DNA from: a virus
Strand: one strand, 5' to 3'
Length of the DNA: 64,000 nt
IMG/VR virus record: IMGVR_UViG_3300045988_143931
Span: 1-64,000 of that record
The position numbers and the translations under genes are program-made. Shown piece by piece: positions 1 through 8,003 of the stretch; the stretch's first letter is position 1, and each line of letters starts with the position of its first letter. The notes below the pieces were generated by a model. The model was not told the origin of the DNA. It saw only the letters and a list, made by a program, of their open reading frames with translations, and searched no databases.

Positions 1-478
1 GATAAATTTCACCAAAGCAAATCTTTGTCTCTGCGTTAGAAGTCTTAAGATTATGTGCAGAATCATCAATAAATAAGTCACCATTCATATTTATATGAGA
101 TTTATCTTTATATTTTTTAAGATTAACTCCTATAAACTGACAAAACGGAAGATGTTCTTTACACCACTCTTCTTTTGCTCTAAGATTTGGGCTGTAACCA
201 GAAGAGACAATAATAACTTCACCTTTTAAGGCGAATTTTCTTAAAGTTTCATAGGCTTGTGGCATGAACTTTAACCTATCAAAGAATCGCTGCTGATTAA
301 AATATGTATTTATATATTCTCTACTTGCACAGTCAAGTTCTTCAAAATCCCAAGTCTTAACCTGTTCTGGAAGAATATATTTATAATCACTATAATATTT
401 GAAATCTTCATTATACAAATCACATATTGCAGCGATTGTATCTACGATAACTCCGTCAAAATCACAATAAAGTTTTAT
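1..478 (-). CDS. 5'(3')-deoxyribonucleotidase-like HAD phosphatase (NT5C-like); C-terminus runs off the left edge
   Basis: Open to the window edge, so absent from the ORF track. My stop-free translation downward from 478 reads (I)KLYCDFDGVIVDTIAAICDLYNEDF...KGEVIIVSSGY...GDLFIDDSAHNL. HAD motif I (DxDGV) is at the N-terminus. SD GGGAG at 488-492. Start codon unclear. Confidence 0.6.
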   Translation of the reverse strand, partial: MKLYCDFDGVIVDTIAAICDLYNEDFKYYSDYKYILPEQVKTWDFEELDCASREYINTYFNQQRFFDRLKFMPQAYETLRKFALKGEVIIVSSGYSPNLRAKEEWCKEHLPFCQFIGVNLKKYKDKSHINMNGDLFIDDSAHNLKTSNAETKICFGEIY

Positions 479-560
479 ACATCATCACTCCCAATCTAAT
501 AATATGTTTGGACATTTATTATTCTTGTCCAATTTATAATTTTCTCTTAGAATTAACACA

Positions 561-602
561 TTATATGGAATATTCTTGTAATACCTTACACATTCCATAT
601 AA
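561..602. repeat. Perfect 11-bp inverted repeat (TTATATGGAAT / ATTCCATATAA) with a 20-nt spacer, in the gmk-to-NT5C intergenic region
   Basis: Read directly: 561-571 is the reverse complement of 592-602. No U-tract follows on either strand. Confidence 0.5.
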
Positions 603-629
603 GGACAAGTCCTATTACTGCAATAGATC

Positions 630-1187
630 TTATTTTTCTCTGTTATTCTTTTCTTTGATTTCATCTAACTCCTTACATATTAAGGCTGTCTCAAAAGCTG
701 TTCTATTTTCGTTATGTACAATATAATCAACTTTCTTAGATATATGTCTAAAGTCCTTTTTGTCAGCCTTATACCTTCTTTTAGATTCAGTTTTATCAAC
801 ATCTCTATTCAGCATTCTTCGCTTAATTTCTTTATTGGACACTTTAATATAAATAACCGTTACATTATCATTAATCTTATTCCTTACTTTATTTAAAGCA
901 TCAGGTGTAAGAATAATAACTGAATGAGATGTCTTATAATCTTCAAGTAATGAACCATAATACCAAACTCCTGAGACGGTTTTATATATTCTGTACTCTG
1001 CAAAACTACCACAATTAATCTTGGTTAAGAAATTCATCTTATCTAAGAAATGATATTCTCTTCCATCAATCTCACCTGGTCTTGGTGGTCGTGTAGTACA
1101 AGTTACAATCTTGTTGTAACCCATCTTCGCTAATTCCTTAACCACCGTATCTTTTCCTGAACAAGATTTACCTACCAATATAATCAT
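630..1187 (-). CDS. gmk: Guanylate kinase
   Basis: P-loop VGKSCSGKDT and guanylate-kinase signature TTRPPRPGEIDGREYHF. The ATG overlaps the upstream stop. Confidence 0.85.
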   Translation of the reverse strand: MIILVGKSCSGKDTVVKELAKMGYNKIVTCTTRPPRPGEIDGREYHFLDKMNFLTKINCGSFAEYRIYKTVSGVWYYGSLLEDYKTSHSVIILTPDALNKVRNKINDNVTVIYIKVSNKEIKRRMLNRDVDKTESKRRYKADKKDFRHISKKVDYIVHNENRTAFETALICKELDEIKEKNNREK

Positions 1188-1429
1188 ATTTTTTCAAATC
1201 CTTTCATATCATCAACAAATCTTTTTACTACAGATGAATCATCGCAATATAGACACACGTTAATTGGTTCAAGTAAGTTTAACGAAAATATTGCCATGAT
1301 TGATTTTGCATTGACTTCATACCTGTGTGACTTAATTGTTATTTCTTCATCATACTTCGTAACCACTTCAACAAAATTCTTAACTCGTTGAATCGTATCT
1401 AAAGTAATAACCGCCGTTGTCTCTAACAT
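1184..1429 (-). CDS. HPr/Crh-like phosphocarrier-fold protein with Gln at the His15 position
   Basis: KYDEEITI and EVNAKSIMAIFSL match the HPr/Crh Ser46 region. The His15 site reads TIQRVKN (Gln), as in Bacillus Crh. SD GGGAG lies 5 nt before the ATG. Confidence 0.6.
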   Translation of the reverse strand: MLETTAVITLDTIQRVKNFVEVVTKYDEEITIKSHRYEVNAKSIMAIFSLNLLEPINVCLYCDDSSVVKRFVDDMKGFEKI

Positions 1430-1431
1430 AG

Positions 1432-2145
1432 TTACTCCCTTTCATAAATTCTTATATAAGCTATTTCACCTTCAAATCCATCTATCTTAGATACATCTCC
1501 TGTATTACCCCAACGATTTGAGATATTAGGAATGAGTGTGTTTGTATGTACTACAAACTCAACAATTGAACCATTTGCAACTGTATACTGGTTAAGAGAA
1601 TCTGTATGTTCATCATCTTTAACATCAGCTAAGATACATGGAATAACTCCTCCATTTTCAAGCACAATATCGAACTCAGTTCCTATATCAGTCGAATAAA
1701 ATGAACCTAAAGCACAAGCATATCTATTACCAATCATATATATTCCCGTGTTATAATCAAGAAGAAATGTTGATTTCATAGCATATTGCTTTGAGCTTTT
1801 ATCCCTAATAGTATCTGCGTCCATATAGGATTTAAAAGGCTTATTTTCTGGAACAGGATAATCTGTATACTTTTCCAAATATTCTTCAATTTCGCTCTCT
1901 AAACTCTCATATTCCCTAGCGATAATTTGTTCCATAGCTTCTTTTTCTTCTAACTCTTTTCGAGTCTTTTCTTTTAGATTCTTCTTTAGGTCAGTAAATA
2001 CTCTTGAATATATGTACTGACCTTCCTGTGCTGCTTCAGCAGTTTGTATATTATTTTGTCCCCATAAGGGGACTATACAAGTTAAAGCTGAAGCAGTTAA
2101 TAACGAACCCGCTATTAATCTTCTCACCTTACTTATCTTTATCAC
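1432..2145 (-). CDS. Secreted or membrane-anchored protein, function unknown
   Basis: Signal-like segment RRLIAGSLLTASALTCIV. GTG at 2145 sits inside the SD AGGTGAT, so the true start is more likely ATA 2136 or GTG 2127. Confidence 0.6.
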   Translation of the reverse strand: MIKISKVRRLIAGSLLTASALTCIVPLWGQNNIQTAEAAQEGQYIYSRVFTDLKKNLKEKTRKELEEKEAMEQIIAREYESLESEIEEYLEKYTDYPVPENKPFKSYMDADTIRDKSSKQYAMKSTFLLDYNTGIYMIGNRYACALGSFYSTDIGTEFDIVLENGGVIPCILADVKDDEHTDSLNQYTVANGSIVEFVVHTNTLIPNISNRWGNTGDVSKIDGFEGEIAYIRIYERE

Positions 2146-2195
2146 CTGCTTTCTTTTAGTATGAAATTGATTAATCTCAATAGAATATTCTCTGA

Positions 2196-4175
2196 TTACT
2201 GAATCATTTTTAAAAAATCTTCTTCTGAAATAATTGGGATATTAAGCGATTTTGCTTTCTGATTTTTAGACGATGTGGAATTTAGATCATTGTTAATAAG
2301 ATAAGATGTTTTAGAACTTACAGAACCTACGACTGTACCACCATGAACAACAATATCGGATTTTAACTCATCACGATTTTTATAATGATTGACAGAACCT
2401 GTTACAACAAATGTTTTACCTTGTAATGTTTTTGGAGTTTCATCTAAGATTATATTAGGTTTATAAAATATAAACTCGTTTGCTAATTGGATTATTTCTG
2501 AGTAGTGTTCTTTCCAATAAGTATTAAGTGAGCTTATTAATGTATCTCCAACACCTGGTAAATATCTAAAATATTCTGCACCTTTGATCGTCATTCCATC
2601 AATAAATGTATCGAAATCACAATCAACTGCTTCTGCAATCATTTTACTTGCTGATTTACCGAGTAAGGGAATTGATAAACTGTAAAGAAAATGCTCAAGA
2701 CTTGTCTTACGAGATTTTTCAATAGAACCAAGAAGCTTTTCGATAGACTTTTCACCAAAACCATCAAGTACAATCATATGTTTTTTATAGTCTGATAAAT
2801 GATAAATATCTTTAATAGAAGTTACCCAACCAAACTTAATTAATCTATCGAGAGTAGATTCTGATAAACCTGAAATATTAAGAGCCGACTTGGATACGGC
2901 ATGTGTAAGTTTACCAAGTAATCGTCCCTTACAATCCTCATTAGTACAATAAAGAACTTCTGAATCGTTATCCTTGATAATTCTTGTAGAAGCTCCGCAT
3001 ATTGGACAAACAGATGGTATATCAAGAAATTGTTTATTAGAACTATTCTGATTATCATAATCTAATTGTTCTGCCCATCTTACTGCTGGTATAATTAAAT
3101 TTGCTTTATAAATACCAATTTTTTGCCCAATCCAAGGATTATCCATAATTTCTTCCATTATACTAATATTATGTAATGATGCACGACTTACTTCACTACC
3201 ATCAATGTCTACCGTATTGAAAATTGCTACAGGTGTTAAAATTCCAGTCTTACCACAACTCCATTCAATATCTTTTAATATTGTTTCTACTGAATCATTA
3301 AACACTTTATAGGCAATACCATTTCTAAAATGATGACTTGTATTTCCAAGAGACTTTCCATATTCAACATCATCAAACTTAAATACCACACCATCTTGAG
3401 GAAGATTATATTCTTTTGCTTTATCAAAACAATACTCAATAACTTCTTCTATATCCATTTCTGAATATCCTAGATTAACATTAGGAACAACATCTAATCC
3501 CAATTCTTCTGCTTCTATAAGTGAAAATGTAAATGACTTGCTTTCTTTAGCACCTTCTACGACTTCCCAAGCATACCAAGATAATTTTCTATCTTTTACA
3601 ACTGATGTATCAAGACTTGATAATGTACCTGCTGCTAAATTACGGCTATTCTTATATTCTCCGTTTTTGTTAATCTCTGCAAAATCATCTAATTTAATTA
3701 ATGCTTCACCATCAATTATATAAGTTCCTTCCTTATTAATATGTAATGGAACATTAGTAAACTGTTTAACGTGTTCTGTCACATCAGATCCAACTACACC
3801 ATTTCCTCTTGATTCTGCTAAAACTAAATTACCATTTTTATAAGTAAGACGTACAGTTAAACCATCGAGCTTTACAGAAGCTACAAGATTATGATTATTT
3901 GCAAATTTAATAATCTCTTCTGTGCTGTGACACTTTTCAAGTGAAAGCATTGGTGTTTTATGAGTAACTTCTTTTATATTATCTAATACTGTTGCACCAA
4001 CGTTATGAGTAGGACTATTAGATAATACGATACCCATTTCTTCTTCCCATTGTCTGAGTTCTTCTAACTTTTGATCAAACTCATAATCACTCATAATCTG
4101 TTGTCCAGTATTGTAGTAAGCCTCTGATGCTCTGTTGAGTTCTCTAACTCTGGCTGCAATATCGAATTTATTCAT
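2196..4175 (-). CDS. ligA: NAD-dependent DNA ligase
   Basis: Adenylation motif KLDGL, ESRGNG, Zn finger CPICG...C..C, HhH region, C-terminal BRCT (GKTFVVTGS). SD GGAGG 6 nt upstream. Confidence 0.95.
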   Translation of the reverse strand: MNKFDIAARVRELNRASEAYYNTGQQIMSDYEFDQKLEELRQWEEEMGIVLSNSPTHNVGATVLDNIKEVTHKTPMLSLEKCHSTEEIIKFANNHNLVASVKLDGLTVRLTYKNGNLVLAESRGNGVVGSDVTEHVKQFTNVPLHINKEGTYIIDGEALIKLDDFAEINKNGEYKNSRNLAAGTLSSLDTSVVKDRKLSWYAWEVVEGAKESKSFTFSLIEAEELGLDVVPNVNLGYSEMDIEEVIEYCFDKAKEYNLPQDGVVFKFDDVEYGKSLGNTSHHFRNGIAYKVFNDSVETILKDIEWSCGKTGILTPVAIFNTVDIDGSEVSRASLHNISIMEEIMDNPWIGQKIGIYKANLIIPAVRWAEQLDYDNQNSSNKQFLDIPSVCPICGASTRIIKDNDSEVLYCTNEDCKGRLLGKLTHAVSKSALNISGLSESTLDRLIKFGWVTSIKDIYHLSDYKKHMIVLDGFGEKSIEKLLGSIEKSRKTSLEHFLYSLSIPLLGKSASKMIAEAVDCDFDTFIDGMTIKGAEYFRYLPGVGDTLISSLNTYWKEHYSEIIQLANEFIFYKPNIILDETPKTLQGKTFVVTGSVNHYKNRDELKSDIVVHGGTVVGSVSSKTSYLINNDLNSTSSKNQKAKSLNIPIISEEDFLKMIQ

Positions 4176-4185
4176 TCATATCCTC

Positions 4186-4392
4186 CTATTTTTTCTTATA
4201 CCACCTCTTATATAACCTCTGTCCACACCTATCACAATAATTTTGTCGAGGTACGCAATTATCAATCACATAATTACACATAGGACAATAACATTTATCA
4301 TATCCAAGCAGTTTTCTCATTGGTTTATTTTTCTTTTTTAATTCCTTATATTCCTTATATTCTTTTTCCGAAATAATATAAAAAGATGCCAT
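4186..4392 (-). CDS. Small zinc-ribbon protein
   Basis: CPMCN...CDRCG pairs. Start moved to the ATG at 4392, downstream of GGGAG. Confidence 0.55.
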   Translation of the reverse strand: MASFYIISEKEYKEYKELKKKNKPMRKLLGYDKCYCPMCNYVIDNCVPRQNYCDRCGQRLYKRWYKKK

Positions 4393-4397
4393 AGTAA

Positions 4398-5078
4398 TCA
4401 CATCTCCCTCTCTGGTTTTCTACCACATGATTTAGCTTCGGTACAATATCCAACCTCGTCACATTTTGCATGAAAAAGATTATCTACAATCCACTTCCAT
4501 TCATCTGAATATCCTCTCAAAGCATTACAAATATCTCTAAAAAGCTCTCTGTATTCCCAATATGCTCTACTGCACATACGTTGCCTACTCATATCAACAA
4601 GATTTCTAAGATTACGCTTGTCTACCATTTTTGATGAGTATGCTAATGGTAACGCCATAGTTGCATCTTCTACTGGTACTCCATTGTCAATCATTGTTTT
4701 TATAGTTCTGTTGATAGTATCCATTAATGCCTTCCATACAGGATAATATCCGTTTTTATCAATAGAACTTGGAGTAGTATATGTAAAACCATCACCTTTT
4801 GAATAATTAATATATCTTGTACTTGCCTGTAATCTTGTTGGTGCTCCACCAATATGTGTATAATATTCTCTTAAAACTTTAGCGGAATATCCATTAATAA
4901 TCATTTCTACATTGACATATTCCATAACACGTCCATGCCCTGACTTAATACAGTCTAATCCACGCTTATAATTCTTTTCATTGTCAGAAACATTTGCTCC
5001 CCAACACACTCCTGCCCTTTGCCCCATTAATGTAATAGGATTCTTAGTTGTTTCTGGTAAAATTGTAATTGTTCCCAT
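4398..5078 (-). CDS. thyX: Flavin-dependent thymidylate synthase-like protein (ThyX family, divergent signature)
   Basis: SGHGRVMEY, ...QASTRY and LPLAYSS...NLRNLVDMSRQR...AYWEY follow the ThyX layout. The RHR of the ThyX motif reads YTH. Start set to the ATG at 5078. Confidence 0.65.
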   Translation of the reverse strand: MGTITILPETTKNPITLMGQRAGVCWGANVSDNEKNYKRGLDCIKSGHGRVMEYVNVEMIINGYSAKVLREYYTHIGGAPTRLQASTRYINYSKGDGFTYTTPSSIDKNGYYPVWKALMDTINRTIKTMIDNGVPVEDATMALPLAYSSKMVDKRNLRNLVDMSRQRMCSRAYWEYRELFRDICNALRGYSDEWKWIVDNLFHAKCDEVGYCTEAKSCGRKPEREM

Positions 5079-5085
5079 AATATTA

Positions 5086-5397
5086 TTATTTCTCCTTAAA
5101 TGACCAACAGTAATCAACGAATCTATCAAAATTCAACATTACCTGATCATGTATATCAATCTTAACTTCAGCTTCTTCTTTATTTCTACCAACCCAAGGT
5201 GATATAACTACTTCATACTCGCATTTCGACCAGAACCAATACATAAGTTCTTTTCTTAGCTTTTCCTTGAATTCCATCTTATCAATTTTACTATGAATTA
5301 ATTTCTGAACCTCTTCATTAAACCTATAATGTCTAAATATGTTGTATGTAATAATTTCATTTCTGTTGAAGTCATGAAAATATACATTCCATTCCAT
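5086..5397 (-). CDS. Hypothetical protein
   Basis: ORF track. SD AGGTGA 4 nt before the ATG. Confidence 0.65.
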   Translation of the reverse strand: MEWNVYFHDFNRNEIITYNIFRHYRFNEEVQKLIHSKIDKMEFKEKLRKELMYWFWSKCEYEVVISPWVGRNKEEAEVKIDIHDQVMLNFDRFVDYCWSFKEK

Positions 5398-5413
5398 ATT
5401 TTCACCTACTTTC

Positions 5414-5563
5414 TTAATAACTTCTTAGTATTATCCACTTTAACCAATTGGGCATACTAGAATTCATTATTAAATTGAAAATCATTTTACTCATACATAA
5501 GCTGATAAATATGCCTAAAATAAGTAAGATGATAATAATTATCAGTAATAATTTCTTATTCAT
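5414..5563 (-). CDS. Small membrane protein (49 aa)
   Basis: Below the ORF-track cutoff. Reads MNKKLLLIIIIILLILGIFISLC..., with SD GGAAGAGGTG upstream of the ATG at 5563. Confidence 0.5.
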   Translation of the reverse strand: MNKKLLLIIIIILLILGIFISLCMSKMIFNLIMNSSMPNWLKWIILRSY

Positions 5564-5565
5564 TT

Positions 5566-5823
5566 TTACACCTCTTCCACATAGATAACTATATGAGGAA
5601 TAATTTCACCGCCAACTTTAGGGAATACGACACTAAAACTTTTTATGTAGTAATCTTCTCCATCTGTATCAACAATATCTTCCGTATTGATTGTTATTGG
5701 TATATCATTTTCTTTCATATAATTAAGTGTTTTTATCAATTCACTTATATTATCTATGTCAGCATATCCTTTAAGTTTATATCCTTCATAATTATCACTG
5801 AATGATATTATTCTTATCTGCAA
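5566..5823 (-). CDS. Hypothetical protein
   Basis: ORF track. Start moved to the TTG at 5823, which is 8 nt after AAGGAAG. An AGAGAATA box lies upstream at 5846-5852. Confidence 0.55.
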   Translation of the reverse strand: MQIRIISFSDNYEGYKLKGYADIDNISELIKTLNYMKENDIPITINTEDIVDTDGEDYYIKSFSVVFPKVGGEIIPHIVIYVEEV

Positions 5824-5945
5824 GTAATATACTTCCTTATTATTTATTCTCTTTTTACTTGTGAAACAATGAGCGAATTGCTCTAAGAAATGCAACAAAA
5901 ATTGTATAGAAATCGTAGCAATGAAATAATGGATTCTTGCTACTT

Positions 5946-6566
5946 TTAATTATCATCTTTACTGCTTCCCAACAGTCTTAAAAACAAATTGATGATATCA
6001 AGATATAAAGCAACTGCACTATCTATAGCATTATCTAAAGTTTTTGCATTATTTTGTGCTTCTGCCCAATCATATCCAATATATCCACAGAATAGCAATG
6101 CGACAATCCAATCCCACCATTTAGGTACATTACCAAATAAAATCATAATAAATTCAATTACTATAACTGCGGATAAACAAATAAATAGTGTTTTTCCCAT
6201 TGATAAAAATATTTCTGGTTTAATACTTGATACAATGATAAGCACAATGGTAATCAAAGTAGTCAAAATAAAAGTTTGTACAATGGATGACATATAATAA
6301 TCCTTTAAGCAAATACTTAAAACTACTCCAACTGGCAATACAACTAAGTTATATCCTATAAAACTCACAATTGAGTTGTCTGAAAACTTACTCATGCCAA
6401 TACCTGCTAATGCAACTACAAAGTAGCCAATTAATACCATTGTTGGATTTAAGTTGCAAAATGTGTCATGAAAAAATACACACATTATGGTATTCACCAA
6501 AAATCCCCAAAGTAAAATAATACCAATGGCAATGTTATACTGTTTGTCTGTTAATTTGTTATACAT
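5946..6566 (-). CDS. BAX inhibitor-1/YccA family membrane protein
   Basis: Multi-TM protein with the family C-terminal signature AVALYLDIINLFLRLL. SD AAGGAG. Confidence 0.8.
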   Translation of the reverse strand: MYNKLTDKQYNIAIGIILLWGFLVNTIMCVFFHDTFCNLNPTMVLIGYFVVALAGIGMSKFSDNSIVSFIGYNLVVLPVGVVLSICLKDYYMSSIVQTFILTTLITIVLIIVSSIKPEIFLSMGKTLFICLSAVIVIEFIMILFGNVPKWWDWIVALLFCGYIGYDWAEAQNNAKTLDNAIDSAVALYLDIINLFLRLLGSSKDDN

Positions 6567-6579
6567 TATACTATTCTCC

Positions 6580-6903
6580 TTATCTTCTACATCTCACACT
6601 TCCACCTGCATCTATATCACCTGATACGTTACCACAAGTTACAGAGCCACCTGCATCTATATCTCCTTTGACATCTCCGCTGACCTCACAACTGCCACCG
6701 CAATCAATACTGCCTGAATTGCCACGAACTATCACTGAACCATTGCAATTAATTTTATTTACATCTCCTTCAATGACCACCTTAATATCACCACTGCTAC
6801 ATTCCTGAATAGTTTTGCCATCAACAATTACTTTTCCATTATTGATAACTACATTACTTCCTGAACAAGTGATTGTTTTACCATTAATAGTTATTCTGTT
6901 CAT
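6580..6903 (-). CDS. Beta-helical repeat protein (bactofilin-like)
   Basis: Repeats such as GDVKGDIDAGGSVTCGNVSGDIDAGGSV. Start at the ATG at 6903, after AAGGAGG. Confidence 0.45.
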   Translation of the reverse strand: MNRITINGKTITCSGSNVVINNGKVIVDGKTIQECSSGDIKVVIEGDVNKINCNGSVIVRGNSGSIDCGGSCEVSGDVKGDIDAGGSVTCGNVSGDIDAGGSVRCRR

Positions 6904-6922
6904 TTGTACCTCCTTAATTTTC

Positions 6923-6944
6923 ACAAGAAACTGTCGATTCTTGT
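6923..6944 (-). promoter_or_regulatory. Intercistronic AAGAA/TTCTT hairpin just upstream of an SD
   Basis: ACAAGAA (6923-6929) pairs with TTCTTGT (6938-6944). It starts 2 nt after the upstream stop. Confidence 0.45.
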
Positions 6945-6945
6945 T

Positions 6946-7152
6946 TTAATAGTTTGACTTATTAATAAAACCTTTTTTCTGAGCACATGATAAACAATAG
7001 TTATATCTTCCATATATAGTGCATCCACATTTTCTACATTTGTGAGGTCTTTCTATTGCTTTCCCAAATGGTTGCCCAAGTTCAAAATAACATTTCTTAC
7101 AATATGTATAATGGTCTTGACAATATTCACCACATCTCTGACAATATGCCAT
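6946..7152 (-). CDS. Cys-rich zinc-ribbon protein
   Basis: CQRCG...CKKC...CRKCG...CLSC. ATG at 7152 lies 9 nt after GGAG. Confidence 0.55.
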   Translation of the reverse strand: MAYCQRCGEYCQDHYTYCKKCYFELGQPFGKAIERPHKCRKCGCTIYGRYNYCLSCAQKKGFINKSNY

Positions 7153-7251
7153 ATAATTCATCTCCTTTTGAAATCCGTCTTTCCTTGGCTTTTTGAGTCT
7201 CTGGAACGCCCTATTTATGGGCTTTCCAGAAATCCTCTATTGTATTATTCT

Positions 7252-7995
7252 CTATAGCTTGGCTAGTAAACTCTTAATTGGCTCTCTATTCATATTTTCT
7301 TTAGCCCATGATATGTAACTTGGATCTGACTGAGCAACATCAACAAGCTTCTCGCCACTGTGTTTTCCAAAGTTCAGAACATAATCCTCTAACTTAACGG
7401 TTTCTTTCTTTGGTGCTTCAAATCCGTCAAATAGAACTTCAATATCTTTACGACTTGCAAGGTAGTCTGCTAAGTGTAAAATCGTCTGATATTTGTTTTT
7501 AGGCAATGGCAATACCGTTGAACTTCTTTTATCAGTATTCCATGCACCCATATGGCTCTCAATTGTAGTTGCAATCATTTCGATTTCTTCGTCAGGAAGT
7601 TCATTGCCTTTTAACTCACGAATAACATTAGCTGCTAAAAGAGGATGGTCAAACTTTGTATATTTATTTTTTGTGAAGTCATCATCATTTCCGCTTTTTC
7701 GTGAATCATGCATCATCCCTGCAACTCTCATTAAATCTTTCTCTCTTTGAGTGAAATTCTTACCAAAGCAATCAACCGCAAAAATATGGTTTAAGAATCT
7801 TACCAAAGCACATGTATGTCTTGCCAATCCTAAATCACCAAGAGCATATTGAGGATGGTATTTTCCCGTACTTGACGCACCCACATTCCAAAAATAATCT
7901 GGGATTGTTTCAATACATCTTTCTGCAAATTTTCTAATATCTTCTGATTCAATTGTGTTTAAAATCGAATCAAAAATGCTTGACTTACTATTCAT
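7252..7995 (-). CDS. HD-domain phosphohydrolase with a DUF3820-like C-terminal tail
   Basis: H...HD residues (LARHTCA, GMMHDSRK). The C-terminal FGKHSGEKLVDVAQSDPSYISWA resembles DUF3820. SD GGAGAAT. Confidence 0.7.
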   Translation of the reverse strand: MNSKSSIFDSILNTIESEDIRKFAERCIETIPDYFWNVGASSTGKYHPQYALGDLGLARHTCALVRFLNHIFAVDCFGKNFTQREKDLMRVAGMMHDSRKSGNDDDFTKNKYTKFDHPLLAANVIRELKGNELPDEEIEMIATTIESHMGAWNTDKRSSTVLPLPKNKYQTILHLADYLASRKDIEVLFDGFEAPKKETVKLEDYVLNFGKHSGEKLVDVAQSDPSYISWAKENMNREPIKSLLAKL

Positions 7996-8003
7996 ATATT
8001 CTC

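Noticed and set aside
508-726. Plus-strand 72-aa ORF spanning the NT5C/gmk spacer.
   Set aside because: It has a TTG start without an SD, runs antisense into gmk, and has a low-complexity product. The spacer is better explained by inverted repeats.
2840-3058. Out-of-frame minus-strand ORFs nested inside larger genes: 2840..3058, 19242..19448, 21826..22035, 29753..29953, 30044..30265, 32214..32396, 33946..34143, 48530..48721, 49352..49537, 54194..54382, 58247..58552.
   Set aside because: Each is fully contained in a longer ORF that has recognisable motifs or better coding context. None has an SD.
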